A stretch of DNA of 62,183 nucleotides, from assembly GCA_036559055.1 (NCBI GenBank), contig DATBTW010000256.1:1-62183 (forward strand), given 5' to 3'. Numbering within the stretch: the first letter of the stretch is position 1; each line of letters opens with the position of its first letter. Source of the stretch: Ktedonobacterales bacterium (GTDB lineage: Bacteria; Chloroflexota; Ktedonobacteria; Ktedonobacterales; JADMIN01). Below the pieces are notes generated by a model. It was given only the letters and a program-made list of their open reading frames with translations. It made no database searches and was not told the DNA's origin. The position numbers were made by a program, and so were the translations under genes. Shown piece after piece: positions 1-8,721 of this stretch.

Positions 1-366
1 CGCGAGGGATTTGTGGCGCTGGCAGGTAGCGCGGGCTTCCTGCTGCCCGCGCTGGTGGTGGGCGCGCAGGGCGCCGTCGCCGCGCTGGCCAATATCGCCC
101 CGCGCGAATGCCTGCGCCTGCTGGAGCTGTATCAGCAGGGCAAGCTGGAGGAGGCGCGGGCGCTCCAGGCGCGACTGATCCCCGTCAACACCGCCGTCAC
201 CTCAGGCTTCGGCGTGGCTGGACTGAAAGCCGCCCTGCAATTCGTCGCGCACTATGGCGGCGAGCCGCGCCGACCATTGGCGCCGCTGGGCGACGGCGAG
301 CGGGTGCGCCTGCGCTCGCTGCTGGCCCAGGCCGACCTGCTCAACACGATGCGCCCCAGCCACTAA
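1..366 (+). CDS. Dihydrodipicolinate synthase (DapA) family lyase, C-terminal part. The 5' end lies outside the window.
   Basis: The frame-1 ORF is open from the window edge. The translation (...LANIAPRECLRLLELYQQGKLEEARALQARLIPVNTAV...GVAGLKAAL...) resembles the C-terminal helical region of DapA/NAL-family enzymes. Confidence 0.7.
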   Translation, partial: REGFVALAGSAGFLLPALVVGAQGAVAALANIAPRECLRLLELYQQGKLEEARALQARLIPVNTAVTSGFGVAGLKAALQFVAHYGGEPRRPLAPLGDGERVRLRSLLAQADLLNTMRPSH

Positions 367-436
367 CCGGCGCTTCCAGGAGATCCGGACGAGTGGGGCG
401 AGGGATGGGGCGACACCCCGCAGAAAAGGCGTTGGA

Positions 437-922
437 ATGAACCTGAGCATACGGCCCCTGGCAAGTGATGAGATCGTGGCTCTGGAAGAGCTTTCCGTCC
501 TGGCATGGGAGCCGGTCTTTGCCTCCTTTCGCCACATCCTGGGGCCACACATCTACCCGCTGGTCTACCCAAACTGGCAGCAGCAACAACGCGAAGTGGT
601 GTTCGAGGCGTGCTCGGATAGCGCACGCTTTACCGTGCTGGTGGCCGAGGTAGATGGGGCGGTCGTGGGCTTCATCGCCTATGAGATCGACCTGGCAACC
701 CTGACGGGCGAGGTGTATTTGCTGGCCGTGCACCCTGACCACCAGAATCGCGGCATCGGTACAGCGCTGAATGTGTACGTCTTCGACGAGATGAAGGCGC
801 GTGGTATGCGATTGGCCGTCGTAGGAACCGGCGGCGACTCCGGCCATGCGCCCGCCCGACGGACGTATGAGAAGGCTGGCTACACCGGCCTGCCGCTCGT
901 TCGCTACTACAAACATCTCTAA
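437..922 (+). CDS. GNAT family N-acetyltransferase
   Basis: Internal ATG at 437 (MNLSIRPLASDE...). It carries the acetyl-CoA binding motif region (LAVHPDHQNRGIGTAL...YEKAGY). The upstream part of ORF 254..922 looks non-coding. Confidence 0.8.
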   Translation: MNLSIRPLASDEIVALEELSVLAWEPVFASFRHILGPHIYPLVYPNWQQQQREVVFEACSDSARFTVLVAEVDGAVVGFIAYEIDLATLTGEVYLLAVHPDHQNRGIGTALNVYVFDEMKARGMRLAVVGTGGDSGHAPARRTYEKAGYTGLPLVRYYKHL

Positions 923-1257
923 CGGCATAGGCTGATGCCCACATCAGCGCGGCGTCGCGGCTTCGGCTGCGCAACCACCACATTTTCTTTGGCTGGCTCA
1001 CGCTGCTGGCCTCGACCGTGCATGCTGTGCTGAGCTTCCCGGAGCTGGGGCAAGTCTCGCCGCTGGAGGTCTGGACGGGCGTGGTCGCGCTGCTCGCGCT
1101 GACGGCGCTGGTGGTATCTGGCGCTGGCTCTTGGTTTCATCCTCGCCTTCGCCGCTCACATCTAGCGCCGACCCAGCGCGATTGAACGCGAACGACACGC
1201 CAACCCATCTTGAGGTGGTTGGCGTGTCGCATCTGGGACGGCTGACTCTCTATCAGG

Positions 1258-1968
1258 CTAGAGTGTGGATGACGTCGCGACGGTGGTGTCGCTCCGGATG
1301 GGCGCAATCTCCGGAGCCCTGGCGCTGCGCTGATGGGTGGCGTGCGGCTTGAACGGGCTGCGCAGCAGCGAGCGGGTCCAACTCGTCAGCTTGACGAGCG
1401 CCTCATCGTGAAAGACCGAGAAGTCATGCCGCTCACCGGGATAGATGACCAACTCCTTCGGCTCGCCCGCACGCACGAAGAGCATGCGCGATGTGGCGGC
1501 GGGCGCCACGCTATCCGCTGTGCCGTGCATCAGCAGCAGGCGGCGGGGCGCGATCTCCGTGACCAACTCCACAACCGTGTCATTGGGAGCCAGCGCGGCG
1601 ACGCCGGTGACGGCCTCGCTGGCTCCGCCAGCGGCGAGGGCGAGTGCCGCCCCCGAATGCCAGCCAATCAACGCCATGCGCTCTACACCCTGTCGGCGCA
1701 GCGCCGTCAGCGCCGAAAGCAGACACATCAACCGCTCATCGAACATCTCTGAGCATTGCTCAAGCTGCAACACGCTCACCCCCGCTCGCTGGATGCGCGC
1801 CGCCAGCTCATCGAAGAGATGGAATGAGCCTTCCGTAGCGCACGGCGCGTCAGGAATCAGGATGGCGGCGGCGCGTGTCACGCTGGATGGTCGCCACTTG
1901 CCACAGACCGACCCGCGAGGTGTCGAGATCGTGATAGCAATCGAGGAGGTTGAGCCAGTTCCCGGCAC
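1258..1968 (-). CDS. Alpha/beta hydrolase (dienelactone hydrolase-like)
   Basis: 236-aa ORF with a GTG start preceded by AAGGA. It has a nucleophile-elbow-like GWHSG and a C-terminal LLMHGTADSVAP...ERHDF pattern typical of DLH/peptidase S9-like hydrolases. Confidence 0.65.
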   Translation of the reverse strand: MPGTGSTSSIAITISTPRGSVCGKWRPSSVTRAAAILIPDAPCATEGSFHLFDELAARIQRAGVSVLQLEQCSEMFDERLMCLLSALTALRRQGVERMALIGWHSGAALALAAGGASEAVTGVAALAPNDTVVELVTEIAPRRLLLMHGTADSVAPAATSRMLFVRAGEPKELVIYPGERHDFSVFHDEALVKLTSWTRSLLRSPFKPHATHQRSARAPEIAPIRSDTTVATSSTL

Positions 1969-2501
1969 AGATTGTTCCTTTCTGGCGCATGGCCGCGCGA
2001 CCAGCCGCAGGGTGGCGGGCTGGCCTCAACAGATGATGCGCTTCACCGCACCCTTGCTATTGCGCTCCATGCTCTGAGCGCGCGAGACAGCGGGTCGCGC
2101 CATGCCGCATCGCATAGTGGTGGTGTCTCAGCCCTGGCCCGCACACAGTTACCCGAGTGCCAGCCGTCGCAACTGGACGGCCAATATGCGGGCGTCAGGG
2201 AGGGGATTCTTGAACAATTTGGACGCTACTCGCCGCCGCTCACACAACCTTGTGTCGCGCGCAGCCCCGCTCGCACTCACCAGCCAAAGCGAGCGGCCTG
2301 GGGTGGGCGCATCGTGCGGAGACAGAAGCATCGATCATCCGCGTCATTGTATCTGGTACGGTCGCATGTTAGCCAGGGACATCCTGGCGAGTGGGACTAT
2401 TGTGCAGAGGTCGTCCGTTAAAGACTTTACATAACATTAAACAGCCGCCACGCTTACACTATGCGCCGCCCTGGTTCACCACCACCTCATAGGCGCCATC
2501 A

Positions 2502-3287
2502 TGTGGATAACTCGCGAACGGGTGGACGACGACCTGCGAGCCGGAGCGGCGAGCGTGTCGTTAGCGCCCACTCGCTCTGGAGCGACTGAGCGGCGCACGC
2601 TGTGCGCGAACACCGCGATTTCGTGGATAAATAGCCTATTCGTGTGGAAAAGTGGCCGCCAGTGTAGATAACTTGGCGCGATTGCATGGCCCTCGCGTCC
2701 CCCTGACAATCCGCCGAGAGTCGCCTGTGAAGCCATCAGGGCGGTGGATAACCGTGTGGATAACTCTATAGGACTGTGGATAACCCGTGGGAACCTGGGG
2801 CGCCGCCTGTCGATGCATGTCGATGCGTGAGTCCGACGATCCGCGAGGGGGCAACGCCTGTGGAGGACCGTGTGGATGATAGTGTGGATGCGCTGGGGAT
2901 GACGGTGGAAAGTCGCTGGGCTATCCACCACCGCAGTGGATGGCGTTGGGGATGCGTTGTGGACGCTGTGGAAAGGCGCTGGAAGTTATCCGCAGCCATC
3001 CACAATTCACCTGCGGATATCCCGGCGTTGCGCAGCGTTTACCCACGTCAGCCGCCCTGGTGGACGGGCTGTCGATAACCCCACGCGCCCAGAAACAGTC
3101 AGCGCTGCGGCTTACCCGCCGAGGGCGCTCTGAACGGTTATCCCCACTATCCACCGGCCCTAATACTACGTACTACTATTTCTCTCTTCATTCATCTATA
3201 AGAGAAGAAAAGAAGAACGGGCACAGGCGGATTGCGTGTTATCCACAGCGACCCGCTTATCCCCAGGCGCATGTGGATTGTGGAGAA
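2502..3287. other. Candidate chromosomal replication origin (oriC): a DnaA-box cluster
   Basis: Perfect TGTGGATAA boxes lie at 2502-2510, 2755-2763 and 2775-2783, and a perfect TTATCCACA at 3239-3247. One-mismatch boxes lie at 2622-2630, 2643-2651, 2663-2671, 2743-2751, 2871-2879, 2986-2994, 3070-3078, 3138-3146, 3257-3265 and 3279-3287. The whole 1969-3300 interval has no convincing ORF. Confidence 0.7.
3161..3228. other. AT-rich putative DNA unwinding element inside the candidate origin
   Basis: taatactacgtactactatttctctcttcattcatctataagagaagaaaagaagaa is about 26% GC over 3161-3210, in a genome of roughly 65-70% GC. DnaA-box-like sites flank it on both sides. Confidence 0.55.
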
Positions 3288-3300
3288 CACCGCTGCAATG

Positions 3301-4254
3301 TCAGCTCCCGGCGTGGAGCGACGCTTCGAGCGCCTGGCGCATCACCGCCAGCGGGGCCTCGCGGCCCGTCCACAGGGTAAACGACTCGGCGCCCTGATAC
3401 AGCAGCATCGAGAGGCCGCCTGTGGCGCGCAACCCCGCCGCATGCGCCGCGCGCACCAGCGCCGTCTCCGGCGGATTGTAGACCAGATCGAGGATGAAGG
3501 CGTCGCGCGGCATACGTCGCAAGAGGTCGATGGGAATCGGCGATGCCTGGAGGTCGCGCGTGCCGACGGGTGTGGCATTGATCAGCAGGCGTGTCTCGGC
3601 GAGGGCGGCGGCGAGCGCGTCGCTGTCATCGAGGGCGAAGGCGAAGTCTTTGAGGTGATCGGGCGCGGCGAATGGCCCCGTGGGAAAGACGCCGCTCGTT
3701 CCGATGGCCTCCAGGCGGCCAGCCTCTTCGCGGCGGCTGTAGAGCGCTTCGAGCGCCTGGCGCGCGGCTGAGCGTTTGCGCGCCGCCACCCACGGCAGCC
3801 CGCCGCGCAGCAGAATGCTGCCCAGCGCCGCCTGCGCCGCGCCGCCTGCGCCCAGCACCAGCGCGCGTAGATCAGGCCGCCAGATGCGCTGCTCGTCGAG
3901 GATGCGTAGCAGCGCGGTGGAGTCGGTGTTATATCCCACCAGGCGCACGCCGTGCGGAGTCTCTTCGCGCACGATGGTGTTGACCGCGCCGGCGAGGTAG
4001 CGCGCGGTGGAGACGCGAACATCCAGCAGCGGCGCGACGGCCAGTTTGTGGGGAATGGTGACATTGGCGCCGAGCATGTCGGACTGGCGCAGCGCCTCGA
4101 TGCGTTTGCGCAGGTCGCTGTGGGGCGTCTCCCACAACTCATAGCGGATGTCGAGACGCAGCGCATCGAACGCCGCCTGCTGCATAGCGGGTGAGCGCGA
4201 GTAGTCGAGCGAGCGCCCGATGAGACCGACGCGACGCTGCGTGGCGCGTGCCAT
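3301..4254 (-). CDS. aroE: Shikimate dehydrogenase
   Basis: Motifs SRSP, NVTIPHK, GAVNT, GYNTD and the GAGGAA Rossmann loop. I chose the ATG at 4254 (MARATQRRVGLIG...) over the ORF-track start at 4311. Confidence 0.85.
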   Translation of the reverse strand: MARATQRRVGLIGRSLDYSRSPAMQQAAFDALRLDIRYELWETPHSDLRKRIEALRQSDMLGANVTIPHKLAVAPLLDVRVSTARYLAGAVNTIVREETPHGVRLVGYNTDSTALLRILDEQRIWRPDLRALVLGAGGAAQAALGSILLRGGLPWVAARKRSAARQALEALYSRREEAGRLEAIGTSGVFPTGPFAAPDHLKDFAFALDDSDALAAALAETRLLINATPVGTRDLQASPIPIDLLRRMPRDAFILDLVYNPPETALVRAAHAAGLRATGGLSMLLYQGAESFTLWTGREAPLAVMRQALEASLHAGS

Positions 4255-4500
4255 TGGCGATGGTCTCCGTTCTCCGTGATCTCTGGCGATCTGATGAACT
4301 TCGCCCTGCATGCAGTGTACTCAATTGAGCGGATTCTTCGCCAGCATGGCTCGTTGATGGCTCGTTGGCATGGCTTGCTGCCCATGGCTCGACGGTGGGT
4401 TCTCACGCCGAGCGATAAGGCGCTATACTGCGCTTACGGGTGTCGCATGGCTTTGCCAGTGCTGTTCGATGAAGATGGATGATATGAGGAGCGGTCGCAG

Positions 4501-5571
4501 GTGATGGAGTCTCCTATGGTGGGTGGCCCACAGGCGCCACGCCGTCGAAGCTGGCTGATCGTGGCGGCGGGGCTGCTGGCGCTGGTGTTGTGTGTGGCGA
4601 TCATCGCCATCACGCTTGGCCCGCTTGCGTTGCGACGCCTCACGGGGGGACGTCCAATCAGCCTCCAGCCATCGGCTCCGCTGGTCTGCCCGCAGGCCAG
4701 GGCCAGCGACTCCGTTCCCCACGACGCCACCGGGCAATTCAATGTGCAGCCCGTCTATAGCGAGGTCCTCAGCTACGCCCACGACGCCAGCGGCCAGCCG
4801 ACAGGCCAGCGTGTCCATCTGTGGAGTGTGGACGTGCTGGGTCAGTATCCGCCGATGGACGACATCTTCACCTCGGCGGTCGGCGGCGTGGACGCCTGGG
4901 ATACCTCGCTCAGCGCCATCGATCCGAATGCGTTCCGCTGTATCACGCAGGATATGCAGAAGGCGGATGTCGCCGGGCAGGCGCTGGCGGTCTTGCAGGC
5001 CGCCGCCAAAGAGCTGCCGGGGCCAAAGACATCCGCCTATCTCGTGCCGTGGAATACCGACAAGTTCTACGGCGCCTCGGGCGAGCAGAGCCTGCTGATC
5101 CCCTTCTGGGAGTCGGATCCCCTCAATCGCAGCCTGACGCGCAACGCCACCACCGACTGGTTCTATATGGATGGCGCGCTCGACCATGAATATCTGGAAG
5201 TGGTGCGCTACGAACGCCTGGGCAGCGAGGGCAACGCCTATCTGACCCTGCTCGGCAACATGGTGACCGATGGCCTGGCCGACAACTTTGCCGAGCACAT
5301 GACCGGTCAGCCGATTGATTGGGGCATCAGCCCCGCCGAAGAGGCGGCGCTGTGGGCGCAGTTCCAGCCGACGGTGACAGACTATGCCAACCCCAACGAG
5401 CCGTCGCAGATGCTCGGCGACTCCGCGCAGGGCATCCCCAACGGCGCGGGCTACGCCATCGGCGACCACATCGTCGCAGGCTACATCCAGAACCACCCCG
5501 GCGTGACCTTCAACCAGCTCGTCGGGATGAACGAGCAGACCATCTTCGATGGCAGCGGCTATACGGGCTGA
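4501..5571 (+). CDS. Membrane-anchored DUF2268-like putative metalloprotease-fold protein
   Basis: N-terminal TM helix (WLIVAAGLLALVLCVAIIAITLG). The C-terminal region HEYLEVVRYE...LLGNMVTDGLADNFAEHMTG resembles the DUF2268 HExxH...EGLAE core, recalled from memory. GAGGAG lies upstream of the start. Confidence 0.45.
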   Translation: MMESPMVGGPQAPRRRSWLIVAAGLLALVLCVAIIAITLGPLALRRLTGGRPISLQPSAPLVCPQARASDSVPHDATGQFNVQPVYSEVLSYAHDASGQPTGQRVHLWSVDVLGQYPPMDDIFTSAVGGVDAWDTSLSAIDPNAFRCITQDMQKADVAGQALAVLQAAAKELPGPKTSAYLVPWNTDKFYGASGEQSLLIPFWESDPLNRSLTRNATTDWFYMDGALDHEYLEVVRYERLGSEGNAYLTLLGNMVTDGLADNFAEHMTGQPIDWGISPAEEAALWAQFQPTVTDYANPNEPSQMLGDSAQGIPNGAGYAIGDHIVAGYIQNHPGVTFNQLVGMNEQTIFDGSGYTG

Positions 5572-5583
5572 ACGGCGTCCCCG

Positions 5584-5655
5584 CCCCTCGCCCACAGGGC
5601 GAGAGGAATCCGGAAACTCCCCTCTCCTCGCGGGAGAGGGACGGGGGGTGAGGTT
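5584..5655 (+). repeat. REP-like GC-rich hairpin pair ending in a GGGGTGAGG tail
   Basis: The first hairpin is cccctcgccc-aca-gggcgagagg and the second is cccctctcc-tcgc-gggagaggg, followed by cggggggtgaggtt. It sits between convergent genes. Confidence 0.7.
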
Positions 5656-5660
5656 CAGCG

Positions 5661-7085
5661 CTAATAGTCGCCCGGCTCATCGGCCATGCGCACGATGCGT
5701 GGCGTGAACTTGCCGAGCACGTCGATCAGGTCGGCCTGCGCCGCGATGACCGACTCGATGTCCTTGTAGGCTTGAGGAGCCTCATCCACGCCGCCGCCCA
5801 GCAGCGTCACGCCGCGCTCGCGCAGATATTGGTCACGGAGGCTTCTAGTGATGCTATGAAGCGCTGTGCTTCTGCTCATAGCTCTACCAGCGCCATGCGA
5901 GGCTGAGTTCAAGGCTTTAGCTTCCCCGCGCCCGCGCACCACATAGCCCGCGTCGCCCATCGACCCTGGGATGATGCCCAGGACATCCGGGCCAGCGGGT
6001 GTCGCGCCCTTGCGGTGAACCACAGCGTTTTCGCCATTGGCGAGCCTTTCCATATGAGCGAAGTTATGAACGTTTTCCACCACGGCGATCTCCTTCAGGC
6101 CGACCGCCTGCGAGACGCGCTGGTGGATGACGTGGTGGTTGGCCGAGGCGAAACGGCCCGCCAGCTCCATCGCGAGCCAATAATCCTGGCCGGCTTCGCT
6201 GTCGAGCGGCAACCACGCCAGCCGCTGAACCTCGCCGCTCAGCCCGCCGCGCTCGCGCACGGCCACATCCAGAAAGGTGTTGGCGATTCGGAAGCCGACG
6301 CCGCGCGAGCCGCTATGCGAGAGCAGCGCCAGGTATTCACCCGCCTTCAGCCCCAACTGCGCATCGTCCGCGTACAGTCGGAAGGCGCCCCACTCCACGA
6401 AGTGATTGCCGCTTCCGGAGGAGCCGAGTTGCTGGCTGGCCTTGAACTGCAACGACTTGAGCAGGCGGGTCGCCTGCCACGCGGGATCCTCCAGCACGGG
6501 ATGATCGGGGTGGTCGCCGCGCTCCCAGCCCTCGCGCTGGCCGAAGCGCGTGCGGTCAATCAGCGCGCGGCGGAAGTCGTGCGGCCGCTGCCCCAGCGTG
6601 ATCGGCGAGACGCCATACACCGAGAGCCGCATGCGGCAGGCGATGTCCACCCCCACGGCATACGGGATGACCGCCTCGTGGGTGGCCAGCACACCGCCGA
6701 TGGGCAGACCATAGCCAGGGTGCGCATCGGGCATCAGCGCGCCCGCCACGGCCACGGGCAGCCGCAGCGCCTGCTCCATCTGGCTGATGGCGGCTGGCTC
6801 GATCTGGTCGGCCCCCCAGATGGCGTAGTCGGCGGGGCGCTCACGCAGGGCGATGTCGTCCTGCCGCTCGACCGGCGCCATGCGGCGGATGACCTCGCGC
6901 GCCAGGTCGGCGAGGCGCGGGTCGGCCAGATAGGCGCCAGGGTCGCGCCGCACCGGCTCCAGCCGCGCCAGAATCTCCGCCTGCGTCGCGCCCTCGCGCT
7001 CCATCCGCTCGGCGGCCGCCTTGGCTAATCCAATCACTTTTCCCTCAGGCCAGCCATTGGCCTTGAGTATTTTTCCACTCAACAT
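5661..7085 (-). CDS. rtcB: RNA-splicing ligase RtcB with an N-terminal extension of about 70-90 aa
   Basis: RtcB signatures are present: DAHPGYGLPIGG, GSGNHF, HSGSRGVG, VHNFA, HRKGAT, GSMGD and ASHGAGR. The length is 474 aa. Confidence 0.9.
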   Translation of the reverse strand: MLSGKILKANGWPEGKVIGLAKAAAERMEREGATQAEILARLEPVRRDPGAYLADPRLADLAREVIRRMAPVERQDDIALRERPADYAIWGADQIEPAAISQMEQALRLPVAVAGALMPDAHPGYGLPIGGVLATHEAVIPYAVGVDIACRMRLSVYGVSPITLGQRPHDFRRALIDRTRFGQREGWERGDHPDHPVLEDPAWQATRLLKSLQFKASQQLGSSGSGNHFVEWGAFRLYADDAQLGLKAGEYLALLSHSGSRGVGFRIANTFLDVAVRERGGLSGEVQRLAWLPLDSEAGQDYWLAMELAGRFASANHHVIHQRVSQAVGLKEIAVVENVHNFAHMERLANGENAVVHRKGATPAGPDVLGIIPGSMGDAGYVVRGRGEAKALNSASHGAGRAMSRSTALHSITRSLRDQYLRERGVTLLGGGVDEAPQAYKDIESVIAAQADLIDVLGKFTPRIVRMADEPGDY

Positions 7086-7207
7086 GATGCGTTCTCTATC
7101 CTTGTCCGGGCTTGCCTGGGTTGCCCAGGAGCCCGCTCGCCCCGCTGCCGCTCAAAGCGTGCAGGCAGAGCGAGTGAAGATGATGCAAGTGGCGCAGAAA
7201 CAGCAAA

Positions 7208-7236
7208 GCGCGGATGTCGCCGCTGGACATCCGCGC
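7208..7236 (-). terminator. Intrinsic-terminator-like hairpin
   Basis: A perfect 11-bp stem (gcgcggatgtc / gacatccgcgc) with a 7-nt loop. On the minus strand it is followed by GCTTTGCTGTTTCTG. Confidence 0.5.
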
Positions 7237-7552
7237 GCTCTCTGACTGGCTGGGCCATCGCCGACCCGTCTGGTGGGCCGCTACGCTGAGATCAGCTGTA
7301 GTGAGTGGGGATGTCGGAGGCCCGACCGCAGCAGGGCGAGCAGCGACAGAGGGCGCTGAAAGCGAGCTGGAGCCATGGAGACACCTCCTGGTATGCTGGA
7401 AATAGCGCACGGCGCTATCTGGGGCGCGTCACATCTGTCATGCTGGTGGTCCGACCGGGGGCCAGGCGCTGTGACGCGGGCGCGGCCACTCGGCGGATGG
7501 GACTGTATCACACGCCGCCAGCCCGTGGCAAGGACGCAGAGGTGGCGCGGCC

Positions 7553-8278
7553 CTACGCGCGGCCCACGACGACCAGGATGCCGGAGACGGTGAGCTGGCT
7601 GGCCAGCCGCATGATGGCCAGCTCGGACTGCGACATGCGCTGGCTGATAGCGATCAGCGAGGAGGCGCCGTCGATCTGGGTGAGCAGGCTCCACTGCTCG
7701 CGGGTGATGCTGATGGCGTCGCCTGCGGGGTCTACCTCGGCGAAGTCCACGACCATCTCTGGCGCCAGCGGCGGTGGGTTGCGCACGTTGCTGTCACGCT
7801 GGCGGCGCTGCGCCTGCTCGATCAGCGGGCCGACGGGCAGCGGCAGCGCCACCCGCCCCGGCGGGATCAGCATGCCATCCTCGAAGAGGAAATCGCCCTC
7901 TGGCCAGCCGAACATCGACACCAACATGGTCACGGCGTCGTCTTCCGCCCAGGAGCGCAGCTGACTCTGGGTCAGCACGCGCGCGCTGGTGAGCGCCCGC
8001 ACTGCCTGCACATCGGGCAGCGTCTGCGCCTTCTCGGCAGGCAGCCCGGTGGCGTTCTCGATCTGCTCTGGCGAGATGAGGCGCGCCCGCAGAAACTGCT
8101 GGGCCAGCGGCGGATTCTGGCCAGAACGCTCCACCAGCAAGAGCTGCCCACCGGAGAAATAGATCGCGCCTTCCAGGCCATTGTAGGCCAGGCGCAGGCG
8201 TCCGGTGCGCTGCGCGCTCTCGATGGCGTGCAGCACATTGGGCAGCGCGAACTGGCGCAGATTCCCCATCAATGGCAT
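7553..8278 (-). CDS. DUF4388 (PATAN-like) domain protein
   Basis: ATG at 8278 preceded by AGAGAGGAA. The N-terminus MPLMGNLRQFALPNVLHAIESAQRTGRLRL...GAIYFSGGQLL is the typical DUF4388 opening. The upstream 80 codons of the ORF-track call look non-coding. Confidence 0.7.
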   Translation of the reverse strand: MPLMGNLRQFALPNVLHAIESAQRTGRLRLAYNGLEGAIYFSGGQLLLVERSGQNPPLAQQFLRARLISPEQIENATGLPAEKAQTLPDVQAVRALTSARVLTQSQLRSWAEDDAVTMLVSMFGWPEGDFLFEDGMLIPPGRVALPLPVGPLIEQAQRRQRDSNVRNPPPLAPEMVVDFAEVDPAGDAISITREQWSLLTQIDGASSLIAISQRMSQSELAIMRLASQLTVSGILVVVGRA

Positions 8279-8721
8279 CTCGATCGTTCCTCTCTGCAGG
8301 CGGGTGGCGTCTCCGGGTGGCGCGCGGGCAGTGCGCATGCCCGCCTTGCGAGTATACCGCATTCGATGAAACGCGCTGCGAATGACGCCATGGTCGTCCA
8401 CCAACCAGACCTTTGCATGCCATGTGACCAATCGCACGGATGATGCGCTTCTTGGATTATGAATGGGTTGATCGATCACCGCGCGGTTGAACGTGCGCCT
8501 CTTCATCCCCGTGCTCACGATCCCGCTCGCTCCCGCGAGGGCTGATCCCCGTCCTCCACCGGCGCCCTCACAGACGCGATAGTAGCGATGGCAATGCGCT
8601 CCTGATTTGCCATGTGACCGACGCCCGTCGGCGCCCCCGCCTGAGGCGTTTTCCCGCGTAGCGGAACGGCACGCTGACGCCCGTCTGCGAATGCCTCGCT
8701 ACCCTCCGAAGGAAGCTCCCC

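Noticed and set aside
940-1185. A possible remnant of a membrane-protein gene (frame 1: ...RLRNHHIFFGWLTLLASTVHAVLSFPELGQVSPLEVWTGVVALLALTALVVSG...).
   Set aside because: It looks like two TM helices of a ferric-reductase/YedZ-like protein. However, there is no start codon, the open stretch is short, and I could make no family assignment, so the evidence is too weak to call.
1972-2434. ORFs 1972..2421 and 2102..2434 in the region left of the DnaA-box cluster.
   Set aside because: The translations are Arg/Ser/Pro-rich without motifs or codon bias. I treat 1969-3300 as non-coding, although a small gene or RNA in 1969-2470 cannot be excluded.
2476-3154. The repeated gtggataa-containing stretch as a possible CRISPR array or tandem repeat.
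   Set aside because: The repeats are 9-mers with irregular spacing and mixed orientation, matching the DnaA-box consensus. There is no repeat-spacer periodicity of 25-40 nt. I saw no CRISPR array anywhere in the window.
5821-5940. A local drop in GC and codon bias inside rtcB (…NSASHGAGRAMSRSTALHSITRSLRDQYL…).
   Set aside because: The reading frame is intact and the encoded segment contains the conserved RtcB HGAGR motif. This is composition noise rather than an insertion.
7062-7083. An HspR-type HAIR-like inverted repeat, CTTGAGT-N8-ACTCAAC, at the rtcB start.
   Set aside because: The spacing is 8 rather than 7 and the last base differs. It also lies inside codons 2-8 of rtcB, so it is most likely coincidental.
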